Of a stretch of 64,000 bases of DNA, positions 63,798 through 64,000 are shown piece after piece. The DNA comes from Dehalococcoidia bacterium. GTDB taxonomy: Bacteria; Chloroflexota; Dehalococcoidia; Lucifugimonadales; UBA3495. The notes beneath the pieces were generated by a model that worked only from the letters and a program-made list of their open reading frames with translations, ran no database searches and had not been told where the DNA came from. Every line of letters starts with the position of its first letter. Within the stretch, counting starts at the first letter, position 1. Made by a program: the position numbers and the translations under genes. The DNA lies in assembly GCA_965232845.1 (NCBI GenBank), contig OZ247428.1, forward strand, positions 1,159,535 to 1,223,534, given 5' to 3'.

Positions 63798-63896
63798 GGG
63801 GCAGTGCTTTTTGAAGGTAGCGGGGTTAACCCGCTTTCTTGCTAATTGGCACATAGTTTGTTTGGCGAAAGTCTCATCCAGCTTCAGATTGGGAGA

Positions 63897-64000
63897 ATGG
63901 CAGTGAAGAGCGACTTTTTGATTGCGCTGACTCAGTTGGCCGCCGAACGTCATTTGCCCAAGGAGCAGGTGCTGCAGGCTATAGAAGTAGCCTTGGCATC
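63897..64000 (+). CDS. nusA: Transcription termination/antitermination factor NusA, 5' end only (runs off the window)
   Basis: Hand translation gives MAVKSDFLIALTQLAAERHLPKEQVLQAIEVALA, which matches the conserved NusA N-terminus pattern (..LP.E.....A.E.ALA). GTG at 63903 with GGGAGA at 63891-63896 is an alternative start. The ORF is not in the track because it has no stop in the window. Confidence 0.7.
   Translation, partial: MAVKSDFLIALTQLAAERHLPKEQVLQAIEVALA

Overview
This is a 64-kb window of moderately high-GC bacterial chromosome. The gene content is mostly housekeeping and catabolic. A Chloroflexota-like origin is only a guess from gene content. I support about 55 protein-coding genes.

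Two genes are cut by the window edges and are absent from the supplied ORF track:
- A 5.7-kb minus-strand ORF (1-5742) encodes a membrane protein with three transglutaminase cores and a HEAT block.
- The 5' end of nusA lies at 63897-64000.

Recognisable genes:
- Replication, translation and RNA modification: dnaN, gltX, glnS, rluD, lspA, rarA, ychF, mtaB, queG.
- Metabolism and chaperone: ltaE, folP, folK, a diverged groEL, two ThDP enzymes, hydantoinase A and B, a GMC oxidoreductase, an aspartase/fumarase-class lyase, an acyl-CoA carboxyltransferase.
- Others: a K+ channel, larE, larC, larB, and an Rrf2 / MoeB-like / cysteine synthase group.

I found no rRNA, tRNA, CRISPR array or intact mobile element.

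Most interesting non-standard signals:
1. About 0.9 kb of non-coding composite tandem array (10.4-11.4 kb). It is built from a 21-nt unit and a 58-nt unit and is bracketed by hairpin-forming copies of CAGGGCAATCGC.
2. A larE-larC / larB cluster with no larA in the window. It is operonically joined to a UbiA-type prenyltransferase, a UPF0104 membrane protein and a DUF362 protein.
3. A promoter, a 17-codon Cys-containing leader ORF and three alternative hairpins ending in an intrinsic terminator, upstream of the MoeB-like and cysteine synthase genes. This is a candidate Cys-sensing attenuator.
4. An AT-richer island of about 2.8 kb (5.7-8.6 kb) with orphan ORFs. One is a 461-aa protein with a PD-(D/E)xK-like motif.

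All calls come from reading and hand-translating the sequence. No database search was run.
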